Positions 1-15,400 of a stretch of DNA of 64,000 nucleotides are shown in pieces. Within the stretch, counting starts at the first letter, position 1, and each line of letters opens with the position of its first letter. A model generated the notes under the pieces. That model saw only the letters and a list, made by a program, of their open reading frames with translations. It did no database searches and was not told where the DNA came from. Both the position numbers and the translations under genes were made by a program. The stretch comes from Balanoglossus misakiensis (lineage: Eukaryota; Animalia; Hemichordata), in the NCBI GenBank assembly GCA_040954595.2, contig CM082579.2, positions 11,593,734 to 11,657,733 on the forward strand, in the 5' to 3' direction.

Positions 1-444
1 GACAGAGACAAATGTAACGCGTGCGAAATTTGGTGCGACTGCTGGGTCGTATATCAGTTTCCCTTGGATTTGGTTGTTAGAAAAATGCAGTTTCACCAAG
101 GAAACACTCAAGAACTTACAAAAACCGAACTATAGATTTTTAAATAGGACAAGTAGTTGAACCGTAGTATTACTCTTATGCGGCATGAACGATAGGACAG
201 AAGAAATGCCAGGGTATGCTCAGGATTCAGAGTATGTGTGTATTCACAGGAATTCAAGAATGGCCATTGCATCTCATTTGTACATCTCCTCTATAAAATA
301 CTCCAGTTTCATTTTTCCGTCTGACAACGATTTAATCGACAGTACATATGCTATAATAATGTTACAAGTCAAATCGGACTTGCTATAATACGGGATATGC
401 AATGGAATGAAATTAAAAGGTGAATTTTAAAACATGTCACTCAC

Positions 445-3400
445 CTGGTGCTCTTCTGGAAAGATAACGGAGGACTCTGCCCAGACGATCCACACCAATA
501 TATTCCCCAGCGTTAGCAGATTCTTCACCGCGCAAATATTCCTCCCAAATGTCGTTCAGGTTGTCAACAAGGTCTCTGCAAATGTATAACCAAACTTGTT
601 TGATTTTACAAGGAATGTGAATTTATGAGTGGCCAATTGGTGCTTTTGCAAGAAAATAACTGTAAATTTCAATACTATTGCCGATATGGCCTCTGGGCAA
701 AAAAACAAACAACTACATTGTGCCAACCATTACCAGTTGTGTCCAACATGTTGTATAACTTTGTAAATACTAATCCCTGTAACAAACAGATATGCCCAGA
801 TCACAACTGCATTGTCGATATGGCAGAGAGGTACTTTCATACCTATGTTCATCTCTTTGACGATCGCCATAGTCAACGTAACTGCTTGTCGAAGCCTCAT
901 TGTAATCCCTTTCATTCACATAACGACCGGGCCCCGACTGTGAATCATTGAACATGGTACCACTGAACTTCAGGTCATACTCCAGGCTATAAGCTTCCGC
1001 CACTTCATCGATACCAAGATGATCGTAACACCATGACAGGGCAAAATCTACGCCCCCTTCTGCACCACACTTCAGGTAGGCAGCCTTCGCAAGTGTGTCA
1101 GTCATGCCCTCCTGGATCAGGGCGTGGACAAAGCTGGTGCGTTGAACGTCAGGGGATTCGGCGAGGGGTTCACCTTCTTCAGGTTCTGGCGAGCCGCGAT
1201 CGTTTGGTGTTCTGTCAACCACCGGTACTTCTGGTGAGCCGCGATCGTTTGGCGTGCTGTCAACGGCCTCCTGTATGTCTTCTTGCGTACATCCCGGAAG
1301 AATGGCCTCCAGCAACATGAACGTGGCTGGTTTGAGGTGATGTGAACCGCTGCTGTCTGCGGTGGCCAGCGTTGCCAACTCCCGTCGCAGATGTAAAATT
1401 TGCTCAATGGTGTAAAGATTCAACTCGTTGAATGTGAGCCGTTTCGCGGCGATGTACTCCAGCCATTGTGCGTGGCACTTATCCAAGAACGTGCACAGCT
1501 CTGGAAGTTGCACAGGTGCATCTTTGTATCCTAGCAGAATGTCATTGTTCAAGAAAGATACGCGCGTTTTCACTCTGGACTTTCTCTGACAACAGTAATG
1601 GATTGACTCCCAGGTCTTAAAAGGTGCACATCCTGCCACCCTCAAAGCCAAATAAGTATTTGTCAGGCGGATGGCAGAATCTAAAATCTATTGAGAGAAA
1701 AGGAAACCTTCATCGATAAGCAGAACCGCAAATCGCAGCTGACGAATGCATTTAAGTTCTCGAAAAAGAGAAATACAGACAAATATAGTATTACATGACC
1801 GTCTTTACCCTTCAGGAAACATAATGATTGTTTCTGTATTTACGTACACATGTAAGCGCTATTTCTTGTACTGTGTGATACGTTTTTGTGGAGGACCTCA
1901 AGACAGAACCAACAAAAGCATACATGTATACATTATAATGAACATGGCAGCTTGAATCACCTCTGTGAAACGATCGACGACATCTTTGTGGTTCTCGTCA
2001 CTGTGAGATATCAACATCAGTTTGCTGTGCAGGTCATTGAGATCATCAAACGTATAATTCTTGAAGGAGTCTACCGGTAGGTCCTCACGTGACTTTCCCT
2101 TTCCACGTTTTTCTGTGCGAACGGCCAACCGGAAAGAAGAGGCCAACGTAGACTGAAAAGAGAAATTTGCCGTGCTTCCAGTTTTCTGACATGACTTTTA
2201 TCCCAGAATTACTCATAGAAAAGTATTCTCGGACAAAAAATGTATGATACCCATTGACCAGATTCAACTCTCGGAGCTCGAATTTGTGTTACAGCTGAAT
2301 CATAAATTTGTCTAAAACGCATGTCATTTCACGCGTCGAATTTCCGTGATAAAATATACCACATAATTCAAAATAGCTGCAACAACCGCCAAACTATAAA
2401 CACCATATTTCTTTGATGCCAGCAACGCGTTATCTCTAAAATTGTAACAACGTCACAATTTACAGGTGAGCAACACAAAAGAAAAGCTGTAAACGTTTAC
2501 TTTATGAACGAATTTTCGCAAAACTTTTGAAGTCTATCAATACATGCCAAAGTTGGAAATAAGTTGTATACCCGTTCGCCCTCCTTGGTGAACGACCCAA
2601 TGATGTACTGTCCCATTTCGTTGATGCGAGAGGCTTGTTGTATTGATGATTCCTCGTCTGAGCCGTGTGTGGTCTGAAGCTTCTTTAAAAAGTCTAAAAC
2701 GGCAGCCGAGTCTTCCTACAGAACGAATTGTGCGAAGTTAAGAACAGAAAGGTCAAAATTGATCTTACAAAGAAACATTAGACGAAAGAGGCGGGTATAG
2801 ACGAAGTGTGGCTTTTCAACCAACATCATGAATTCTAATTTCTCATAAGCTTGACTTGCTTTGGCCATAATATGGTCAGTGTGCTTTGTAGATGATGACT
2901 AATAAATTAATCGGTAACAAAAGATAACAATTCACTGGCACTCAATTTCTGTAAACATTTGAGACTGCTCTGCAATGTAATAATGCGAACCTGCGGTCAT
3001 TAACAAGATGATATCATAGACTTAACAATGATAAGTTTATGAATATATACTGCTACTTTTCACTCATTTTACCAAACACACAAAACACAGTGTTGCAAAT
3101 GAGGTTAAACTTGATAGGACCCAACACTAAATCAACAAATCTAATATACCTGAACGAAATTTGATTTTGACCTGCGTTTGATTTTGAGTTTCGTTGGAAA
3201 AATGTTGTTGGTATAGCAACGGTGACTGAATGACACTTCGTGGAGAAAAAAAACTGTAAGCAGAGCGACAGCACCACAAAACATCTGTTTCTATGACTCG
3301 ACCAGAAAGTGACAGAAAAGGACCTAAGTGTTTCAATATATAAACATAAACTTACCAATTTCTTTGGGAGGAGTCTGTCTCTCTTGAGTGTTTCCCAGAG

Positions 3401-6400
3401 GACAGAGCATGCGCGCAGGAGTTCCGTGGCACTACTGTCAACCGGCAAGTCAAATATCAGCGGCGCGTATCCAGATGCTGCTTGGTCGAGTGTACCAATG
3501 CGGTCCATTTGAATATCTTCTTCCCCGACAAGTCTCATTGATAAATCAAGATACGTTTTCAAATCCTGAATACCTGGAATAGAGGAATTTATAGCGTGTG
3601 GAATATTGATTTTCGTTATCTCATGTTTTCCTTTCTAAAAATAGTCAGCACGAGTTAAATTAATATTCAAATAAGTTGATTGATTTCGTGGCAGTAACAA
3701 ATCATATCTTCAATCGCATCAGTCAGCATATCCAAATAGTGAGGATTTCACAAAATTAAAATGGCCTGTTTTGAACCACAGGCCAATTTCTCCGAGGTGT
3801 TTAACTTATTAAGCCAACAGGCGATTTGGGCAAATTTACTGCCGTGATTGCATAAAGCGAACTATATCACTAATGCTGACGCTGTTATAATCACACAAAT
3901 TACACGCAATGAACCACTACTATGGACATTGACAGACTGCAGGGCATTTTGTCCTACCCGTTATTTCTTTCCTCAACCAATCTACCAAGTCCTTGCAGTC
4001 CACAAACACCTCCAAGCAACGTGTCCGTTCGTCGTTAAAATCGGACAGCAACTCGCCAGTGCGGACGACCTCTTCATTGATTGATTTTAGATACTGTTCC
4101 TTGAATTTTGTTCCCTGCAAGACGTTCAATTGTGGTTACCTTAAATGGTTTTTACTTCGTGCTAGGGATCAAATCATATTATAACAATTGCATCCTGGGT
4201 AAAAGGTCGACAGCTCACTGTAGTAAGAGTTTGAAGAAATGATACGTTGTTACTTCATGCTAGAGGTCAGAATATATTATTCTAAAACGTGCATTATGGG
4301 TAAAAGCTCGACAACTAACTGTAGTGAGAGTTTGAAGAAAAGATATGTTAATAACTGTATTTCATGATTTTTTTGCTCAAAAATTTCTATCTTTGTACAT
4401 GTGTAATTGGCATCCATTCTACCCTTTTTTACATTTTGTTATTTTTTCTTGTTATAATACTCAGAATGACCCAGTATCACTTTAGCTTATGAACTTCATC
4501 ATGAAATTGTATCGACCATATGAGATTTTCATCACTCTATGTATAGCAGAAACACGTTTAACAAGAATTCGGACTCCGTACGTGTTTCCATTGCTTATAT
4601 TACGTGTTATGTTTACAAAGACAAAATGTTCGTTTGCCGCGGTGCCACACAATAAAATACACTTAACAGTTTGTACCTGATTAGAGAGTATTTCGACTGC
4701 CCTGAAATCTCCCGTCATGTTGTACTTTTCCTTCAACTTGAAGACGACAAGGGCACCAGCAACGGCCTCCTTTACTTTGTGATACATCTCAATCTGGTGT
4801 GTTCTTGTGGCGATCCATTCACCAGCCTCCTTTCCTGAAATCAGGGACAGCTCTCTCCTCATATCGCCGTAGTTGTGGCCGAACTCTACAAAGTGTTCGT
4901 CGATTTCCGCCAATGTTACGTTCCCACTTTTGACTTTGGTGACCACGTCGTGGATGGCCTGCAGAACAGGTTGCCATAGTTTCTGTTCTGTCTCGTTGAT
5001 TGGCAACGTCTGAGGCCTGTCATATTCGTCCCTGCAGTTTCTCCTGACGCGTTCCTGCCATTGCTTTTTGTAAATTCTGGACCCCTGGAACGACGACATT
5101 TTTCTCAACAATGCCATTTGATGGTGAGAGAACGGGAAGAGTGTCATCGTCGGTGTGTATTCCCCGACCGTCTGTACTTGTTTGTAGTCCATTGGGTCAC
5201 AGACATCTTTGAATGTAAGTTCATCAACTTGTTTTCTCAGTTTGGCATTGATATCATCTATTACGGCTGGAAAAGAAGAGAATATTGGCGTAATTGTAAT
5301 TTAAACTGATCGTGCATAGTGACGGAAGAAATACAACGCATTAGCCACCATTCTGGAAAATTAAAAAAATAATCAAATCTGCATATGCTCCTATAGTTGT
5401 GTAAATTTTCATATTACATAGCCCCTACCAGGTGTACCTATTTTATAGGGCAGTGAAAACTAAGCATGTTCTGCCACTTGTGTGATTATAGGAACTTGGA
5501 GTGAAAACCCACGAAGAGTTTGAATTGATTTATTAGTCCCAGTCAAGATCCCCGAGAAACCCTAGATCTCTGACTATTTTTAAAGGGCGGAGTCGTCCCG
5601 TGTGCGGGTATGGGTCCCATAGGACGAAGTTGCTAGCAAGGCAAAGTAAACACAATTGTAAGTACTAAAATGCCCACCATTGCAAACAATTTGGTTGTTA
5701 CTTTGTATTACACTGCATCATTGCAAACAATGTGTCCTTACTTTTTATCACATTTCCAAATTTCTTTACATTGATACAACGTGTATTGCTTGGGAGGGTC
5801 TCCCTGAACAGGTGGAACAATGCTAATTATGTGTTCATAAACAAAACGCCGCACATACGCACTACACACTACCCTCCCCTTTGAACAGTATGATGAGACT
5901 GTGCTTACCTTTATCAAGGATGTTATGTGTTCGTTTACAATACTCCTGGACTATGTTCCATTCTTTTCGCCATTCTTCAACTTCTTTCTGTCTACAACCG
6001 AGGGCCAATCCGATCTCTTGACTGGTACCTTCAATTTTGGCAGCTCTGCATAAGCTGATAAAATGGTCTGCATACTTCATCACCTCTAATGCATCACTTA
6101 ACAAAATCGTGCCATCCAAAATCTGGCCATGTATTTCTTTTAAAAGCGCTGTTGCGTCTTTGAGGTGGTCTCTGGTTTTCTGTGAGAGATATTCGTTTTT
6201 CCACTCCTTCCGTCCTGTAAATTCAACCCAAAATTGGTTTATTTTGTGTACAATATGTTCCAACAGTTAAAGGGACAAAGTCTCTCTCGCTGCCCCTTTT
6301 CCATTAATTATGTTTGATACAAGACACCGTTTATATTAATGTACATGTGGATATCTAGTGAATCAATGTTCAACCACACACACCGTCCATCCCTCTTGTA

Positions 6401-9400
6401 TACACAAGATTGAAAAAAACTCGCTAAAATGAATAATTGGTCTTTACCATTTATTCTTTTTTGTGTGAGTTTTACTCTCATATCATACAAGTGGGATGGA
6501 AGTTGTGTGTGGTTGAAAGTTCATTCACTACATATACACATGTACATTAACATAAACGGTGTATTGTATCAAGCATAATTAATGGAAAAGGGGCAGCGAG
6601 AGAGAGTTTGTCCCTTAAAACTGATAGTTGCTGATAAGAGAGTTCAGTAGACACATCGTGCTATTTGGTTTGTTGTTTTTGCCTGTAGATTTTGCCGCCC
6701 AGTCAATTGTTTACATGTAACGGGTAACTTTAGGGACAAATTTACAAACTTATTCTAGTGACTGCAAGCGATGTATTACTGGGCGCTGTCGTGAAATTGC
6801 ACACTAACTCCTTTGTTAGTTGAACTCAAGCCTATTCAATGTATAAATTCTCACTAACCTGTAAATTTTAAAATTTGCAGCAAGGACTCCCAGGACAAAA
6901 CATTGCTCAGTAACTTCGTTCGTCTTGTAACTGTGCTCGCTGGTATTCTGGGACATGCCATTTCAATGATGCGAGACACTAGCTCACCATATCTTCGTGG
7001 ATCCCCCTGACCTTTCGTGACAAATGCCGTGCAGACTACCTCTAGTATGTCGCCAACCTTCCTGTCCTGTGTATTTAAAGAAAGACATATAGATGACACA
7101 TAACATGTCTGTTTGCACTTTTCAAGAAAGCACCCTGTGTATATAATATATACACTGAATTTTGATGTCCACAAAAATAATTCGATCAGCTAAGTGCGCG
7201 ACATACAGTACAGACTACTTTACTTGATAGCGGTGCTGCACTTCGCAATGACCCAAGCAATTGTTTTTGTTTTACCCGTGCTTCTACCCTAGAAGACATT
7301 ACAGGGAGCGCCAATCACAGAGCGACGCAACCTCACGGCTTATGGGTTGCGCCTGCAACCAATACACGCCTGCTGTATGTTCAATCTTGTGCGTTCATGA
7401 ACACAGACTTCCAAATGAATGATCATATTAATGACTTTTTTTTTCTAAATAGTCAAACTCAGTTCTTACTGTGTAATTTCATATATTTCACATTGATTGC
7501 ATAAATGGCCACTATCTGCAACGCTTCGGTATTTTTTTAGCAATTTGGTGTTAGGGTTGACATTGTGTGACTTTCAAAAACAGTAATTACATTAGGTTTT
7601 GTACAGAGCAATTATGATAGAAACAATGTGACATTATGGAAACTACACATGTACGTACCGTACAGCCTTTATCAACAACATCAATTGCTTGTCGGAGCAA
7701 GATTTCTTTAAGGTGGTCGTGCAATGATTGTGTGTTTAAGTAGCAGAACAGATCGATTTTTTGTCCTTTGCTGAGCTATTAAAGTAAAAATAAAAACAAT
7801 CAAGAGAATATGATGTTATGTCCTTCAATCATACAAAGTCATTTCATCAATAAGGGTAGTAGAAATAATAGAAGTTTGTAGCAGTAATAATAATAATAAT
7901 ACAATTCAATAATCATAATCGCTTTGATTACAATGAAAACTGTATTCTAGTAGCATTTTGGTTGCGAAGAACAGTATTGACGTTTGCTTTCCGATTACAC
8001 ATGTAAAATGTGCTTAAAATGACATTTTTCTCAAGCGGATTAAACTGCGCACGCGCAATCTCGAGACACGCGATCGTTTTCGCAGGACCATGGAATAAAA
8101 AAATCTAAAATGGCATTACACATACCCCCTCGCCATCAACTAGTCTTCAAACATGATCGAACAGGCTAGGTTCACCGTGTTTACTGCACGATATGGTTTA
8201 TCGAAGGTTTAAAATGTTGGACAGGACACACGAAACATTGTCACCCTATACATGTACCTACCATTTGCAATCTGTCACTCAAAATTGACCTGACATTGAC
8301 TCTCCATGCTGCGTTATCTTCCTCGCTACCCAACTCTGCTGTGTATAATCTGTTTGTCAGCTGCAAATGAAGGCATGAGAAATGATGTTTAAAGTGCAGT
8401 TTCAAGACACAGCTGACTATAAAACACTTGTCGGCCACGACCACGAAAATCTATAAAGAGTTCTAACCATTCAGTGACAATATCAGCCGATCTTGATATA
8501 TCTTTGGCACATACATTTGTACGCAGAGCCAAACAGGCACTCAAATAGCATCTTCGCCTGCCAATTAAGAAGCTCTGGGCTGCTCTGTGTGGCAAGGCTG
8601 TGTGTCCTTTACGGATATTCCTTCACACAATGTGGTGTGGAGGCATCCGTTAGACACTCAGCCCTGCCACGCAAAGCTGATTCTTGCCCTGCCACGCAAA
8701 GCTAAGAGGATCCCTGAATTCGGACTGTAGTCGGACGGTGTTCGCAGAGGAACATCCGTACAACATAGGTCGAAGTGTATGCAGGCCACGAGGATTGCAA
8801 ATTATACCATCAGCGCATGTTAACACTATAGACAGTAGACTATATCTAACAATCCTGTTGCATGCAAATAAACCAACTGCTCTGATGTGAATTCTGTACC
8901 AAAGGTTCAAAATCATTATCGTATCAGTAAAGTTGTGAGGTCAAAACGTTTTGACACATAGGAGTATCACTCATGTCATTGGTCCTGTACATGATATATG
9001 TATTTTTTGTTACCCGTGATAACTACGCCGTGTGAACTAAACTGTTGATATAATTCTATTACAGGGACTGTGGTCCATAGAGCATACCTGAAATTCTTCC
9101 GTGAACTTTTCACATGTGGCTTCCCGTGTGTCCGTGTCTTTTACAGCCACTTTCATCAAAACCAGGCGAAGCCATTTACACATGGTGCCAGTGATGGCAA
9201 CCGAAAGATCGTGAAATTTGTCGGGCCTTTGCGCTTGCGTCGTCTCACCGATCACTCTTGCGCGACAGGACGTCAAAAAAGTGAACGACAACTCGACAGG
9301 ATTGCTGTCTCTTGTAGAATGAAGTACTTCCACCAAACGTTTGAGGACATTTCGGCCAAATTCCATTGTTGTTATCGCGTCTTGACAGGAACCGACACCT

Positions 9401-12400
9401 CTGGAGTCAATCAGACATTATCGATCAAAATCAACACTAAAAAGTACATGTAACTTATGCTGTCACATCAGCACTTTAATCGCATGTGGTATACATATCC
9501 CCATGCAGCAAACTAAAAACAACGCGAAATTTTCCCAATATACTAAACCCAGTTACTTGGGAATAGGCACCATCTTTTGCAGGTAACTGCAAGGCAATAT
9601 CATTAGTACGTCTGCGCAATTCCGGCATTCGTTTTCTGTCACAGACTGTGAATTCGAGCCGGGTGAAATTTGTCAAATCATGTTCATTTACATATTGTCA
9701 AAGCTATCTTTATATCAGTATTTAGAAAATAGTATATGTTAGTAAAAATACGTCCGATAAATTTATTGCATAAGTAACAATGTATTCTCAAACGATGTGG
9801 TTTTTTCTAGGCTCAGCATCCATTAATATTATTACAGAACAAAACTACACCTTTTCGTAAAGAGGGCGTCCTTCCAAGACGACGCGATAACGAGGCCAGT
9901 AGGTCAAAGTATCGTCTTGTATATATCGCCACTATAATTGGGACCGACGTTCGACAACCACATTTATTGTAAGGTAAGATTTAAACGCAACTTGCATCAT
10001 ATATACGTCAACATACCAGGCGAGCTCAAACATGCAGTACTCTGTGAGCTACTGGCCTCGTTTTCATGCCGACGCCATGTTTTGGAAGTGTGCCCTCTTT
10101 ATGAAAAGGCGTATTAATATGGGCTTTATTAAAAATGTAAACTGTATATCACTTACACATGAGGTGTACTTCTTTCGTGTTTTATTGCCTGGTCTAGCAC
10201 CTTTTCGATGTTCTGAAAAGATAAAGGTTAACCATTAGGATTTTCCATTCATTGTGAGATCTCGGGTTGCTGGATATGAAATAAAAGTCAAACTTTGGAT
10301 GAAATCAGAAGAGGAGCAGAGTTTATCACAAAAATGTCACTTTTGTTCCAATAAACACGATGGGCCATGTGTTGTTTGTCCTGCGTCCCATGAGAATGTT
10401 CTCCAATACAAACTAACTAGCCAGGTGAGATTTCGCGGGGTCTCATGGTGTTCGGAAAATGGTCTGTGTTAGGCACAAAATCTTATCAAATGAACAATGT
10501 TGTTCCATGCACGGTCGGCTGGCAAACTGTGGTGGTTCCTGCCGGGCATTGGATTTGAATGCACAGTGCCGCCAGTGTCAGAAATGGGAACAAGAACATT
10601 CATCATCTGTCAGTCTAGCGCAAAAGTTCTGCCACTGGCGGCGCCACATTCACACCTCAGTACGCCAGCCGACGGGCCGTGGTTCTATGCATCACGAGTA
10701 CGCATGTGCCTTCACCTTCATGTTCTTTTTAATCGATGCGGCTTGAGATTTTGATAGAAGGCGATCAAGTGTGATAATGAGAACGTCGTTTGGTAAACTG
10801 TCAGACACTTGGGTCAATTGGTCGACATCTGTGAGGAACAGCGACACTGTCCTTGGGAGTAAGTAGTCCAGGCAGAAGAGCGGTTCCAGTTTTTCTGTTA
10901 TTTCGAACTTTTGTCTGAAAAGGCAGAAAGATGGGGTCTATTGATTGGTATTCTGACGTTTAATAAAAGGGGCTTATCATAAAACCACGAACACAGTGGT
11001 CTGATAAAATATAGTTCATTTGTTAATTCTAGTTACCTTAAATAATTTTTGACTGCATGCTAGGGGTCAAATCACAATATAATTGCATTGTGCGTAAGAA
11101 AGTCGACAACTCACTGTAGCAAGAGTTTGATATCTTTGCGTCTAAAATTTCTTTCTTTGTAGTTATCAAATACATGTAATACGTAACCAGCCTTTTCCGG
11201 ATTTTGTTTATCCTATGATACAAATGGTACTACATGTACTATGTTGCATGTCGCAGAAATCCGCCATCTTGAAATTCTGTTGACCACATGATATTTTCAT
11301 CGCTCACCCAGATTGCAAAGGGTTGCGGGCACAGCAACGAAACACAAATCCGAATCATATGGAAATGTTTGTGCACCACACGAAGATAAGGTAACATTAC
11401 AAGCAGCAAAAATTCAAACATCACCTCACAGAAGCACGTTCGGAAACGCTGTCCATCTCTATGCCGGCTACACCCGCCCAGAGCGCTGGTTGGAGAGTTG
11501 CGTGGTTGGTATAAAGTGGTTTCTTGAATGGTTGGCAGTCATTTCTCAAGAAATGTAGAAGAGGCATTCCATGCAGCCAGTCCATATTAGCCTTGCCAAG
11601 TTTGGACTTTGCAGCATTCCCATTGTATAGTGCGATCAAAGCATCGGCAAGCCGTCTATGGCAAGATATCCACAAAAGAAAGAAAAATGACTCAACGGCG
11701 ACAGGCAAACGCAAAAAGGCAGAGTCACTGGGAGATAGATTTAGTGGTAAACATACAGGCACATACATACATACATGCAAACATACGTACGTACTTGTAC
11801 ATACATACATACATACATACATACATACATACATACATACATACATACATACATACATACATACATACATACATGCATACATGCATACATGCATACATAC
11901 ATACGTGGTTAAAGAAAGTTATATGCATGTAGAATTTCATAAACGTTTTATACTTAAGACATTTCATATTTAAGACTTACTGTTGACTTTCCTTCGTTTT
12001 GAAGTGCTGGCCTACCAAGTAATCAAAGTTCGATGACTGCTGACCTTTGTTGGGGTTGATTCGCAAAGATGCAAACAAACAGTCATATGTTTCGGTGTCG
12101 ACTTCAATGTGATATTGGTGGATGATATAGAGCATCGTTGCAGCAGAAACAAGACGTTTTTCCCCTTCCTCCGGCGGCGTTTCTTCTGTGGTTCTGTTAA
12201 GCTTGCCGCGCAAACGTCTCAGCTTAGGCGTCCAGAATTGTAGTAGTACCTATAATAGCGCAGCATTGTCCTTGACTGGGGCGGTGAGTCTCGGACAAAC
12301 TCATCCGAATGATGTATACTCATACATAGTACATTATTCGAATAACATTGTCAAACGCATATAGAATTGATCAAACAGGGTTCAACTGCAAAGCACACAG

Positions 12401-15400
12401 GCAGAAAACATCACTTTACCCCTTTCTCTGGGCGTGCGCATGCACAAATCATTATCAGTCCGGCTCATTGTTTGATGTTATACCGTTGTATTTTCCAGTA
12501 AGAAAAGACTGAACGATTGACTTTCTTTTCCCAACAGTTGTTTCTCGTTCGTACAATATTCCTTGTTTGCCTTTACTAGTTGATACCAGCAGTGTAACAC
12601 AGCAAATTTCTACTTTTGTTCGGATCTTTCGTCATCGCCGCAGTCATGATGTTAGACTTACCTGATCGAACTCGAAGCCTTCTGGGACCGAGTTGATGGA
12701 TACATTGTGGCGGAGCTGGTAGATCTTCTCAATCACCGAAGTTGCCGCGAATGGTTGACCTTGTTCGCAGAGGAATCCTTCCCACTTTGGAATCATTGCG
12801 GTCGTGGCAATTTCCTTGTCTCGGATAACTTTAGAGGAACCCAAAACGCCAAAGATTTTCTTGATAGTTGAGGGTTCTTCTATATACACGATGTCATCGT
12901 ATTGGTGCCAGACAGCTGGAAATTAAATAAAAAAAAAAAAAACAGCAACCGCGATATCATCCAGTTTATTCATCACCCACTATACAGTGATCCTTATCGG
13001 AAACAGTAATCACGGACCATCTAGGTAATTTGAGATTTTAATGGAAGGCCAGAAATAGAAATGCTTCTAGAAGTACTTACCATTCGGTCGGCAGCTTTCC
13101 GAAGGAAGCTTCAGTTTCCGGGCACCTTTTCTTGATGAAGGAATATATTCCGTGGTCAGAGATGTCTTACCTTTGAACTCCTTTTGCAAAAAGTACTTAT
13201 ACTCGAAGTTCCACCTCTCAATGTAACGCGGTTCAACATTGAGAACTCCCTCGAAACGCATGTATTTGCCATGAACTCTGCAAATAAATTTACGACACAC
13301 GTTTAGAATGAAAATCACGATATGTCTCTTCCGGTGCACTTCAAAACCCGCATCTTTCTTGCAATATCGCTCTTATTAGCGGCTCCAGATTCTTACCTTT
13401 GCGTTCGCATTTTCATCTCAACGCAGGGCCGAGCCCATCCACCCAACTGACTAACATTGCAGCATACAACCAGATCAGCCAGCTCCTTCTTGAACTTGGA
13501 GTCTTCGGGCAACAGAACATGGAAATGTATTTTCAATGTCCTCAGCGAGCTTGGGCCTGATCCAAGCGCTAGAGTGCCGCCTACTTCGAATTCTGACGCT
13601 GCTGTGGTTGGTCGCGATGGCGTACTTGACCTATCAGGTATTGCCAATAACACACAAAACAACGCTTAAAAGCCGATAATCGTATTATGCGCATGTGCGT
13701 TTTTTCTTGTGTACAAACATTAAGTCCAATCCAACTATTCTACGAATATTGCGTTCGATGCATTCAAATTAACTTCATTCCATATTGCATGCGTACTGTA
13801 TTAGTAGACTTTAGTTTTGGCCCTTCTTTTCACCAAATTTGCTGTCTTTCCCGATCTCCGGCACAGATTGTTAGCTACACAACACCAACACCGCGTCAGT
13901 GAAGAGCCTTGCAGCGAACCTTGGGCTGTGAGAGAGTCTAAGACTATGGTCACCGCCATCTTGTCTTTTGTTAGGATAGCACGCTGTGTTATGGCATTGA
14001 CTGCATTACATTTTTTTGTAACCAGAGTAGTCACTGGTTTGGCATATGCGCATAAGAGGATCGTCGCCCATTAAAGAACCACTGTATTTATTTCATTGTG
14101 TGCATATCTGCTCCATGCCAGCACGTTACCCTGTTATTGCAGTTAAAATCTTTCCAAACGTCTTCAGACTCAATGTTCAATTTGAACTTGATATTAACAA
14201 TCACGGGTGCAAGACGAGTTGTGGTATGTGTAGAAAAGTGGTTTTCTAAGCCATTCGCCTATAACATTGTTAATTAAAGTCTAACTGAAGCGAAGAATGC
14301 ATAATATTGTTGGAGGATGCGATGACATTTGGGACAAGTGATCAGTTTCTTCTTGGCGTTCAAATTTGCAAGTGAAAACGTTGCTGCCTCCATCATTAAA
14401 TGTTCTGAAACATCGTGACATAAAGAAAATGATTGGACACAATTTTGTATTTAAGTAGCTCTACTTCTATCTTTTCCCGCCTAAAATATTGGTTTGTGAC
14501 AAATAGTCTGTCACGGTATTCTCAAGGATTTCTATTTATCATTACAGTTGACGTCTAAACACCCATCGAAATGTTACTTACACGCAGGTAAAACCTGACA
14601 TCAACCGACGGTGTTTAGTGTTAGTAGTCCTGTTTCAAAATGACCTACATTACAGGTCCTATGCACACGTATTACATGTTCTGATTGGTTTATCCGCCTA
14701 TAACATTGTTAATTAAAGTCTAACTGAAGCGAAGAATGCATAATATTGTTGGAGGATGCGATGACATTTGGGACAAGTGATCAGTTTCTTCTTGGCGTTC
14801 AAATTTGCAAGTGAAAACGTTGCTGCCTCCATCATTAAATGTTCTGAAACATCGTGACATAAAGAAAATGATTGGACACAATTTTGTATTTAAGTAGCTC
14901 TACTTCTATCTTTTCCCGCCTAAAATATTGGTTTGTGACAAATAGTCTGTCACGGTATTCTCAAGGATTTCTATTTATCATTACAGTTGACGTCTAAACA
15001 CCCATCGAAATGTTACTTACACGCAGGTAAAACCTGACATCAACCGACGGTGTTTAGTGTTAGTAGTCCTGTTTCAAAATGACCTACATTACAGGTCCTA
15101 TGCACACGTATTACATGTTCTGATTGGTTTATCCGCTTCTCTAAGGTCCACTTGCGGCTCGCTGATTGGAGGGACCTTATGTGTTAGGTCTTATTACTAT
15201 GTATTATTCACCAGACCTTGTAGGTTAGGTCTTATTACTATGCATTATTCACTTTACAGCTCCCTGATTGGTTAATGTGTAGGTCTGGTCCTCCAGTGTT
15301 CACTGCCTCATTATGTAGGACCTTGTAGGTTAGGTCTTATTAATATGTATTTATTCACCATACAGCTCCCTGATTGGTTAACGTGTCAGTCTGGTCCCCC

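Noticed and set aside
8389-8730. Possible extra RNF213 exon and 18-bp duplication (gccctgccacgcaaagct)
   Set aside because: It contains stops, and exon 9400-9088 splices in phase to 8360-8262 giving a sensible RNF213-like sequence.
9850-9931. Candidate small RNF213 exon
   Set aside because: Phase is incompatible and it overlaps the TIR of a MITE.
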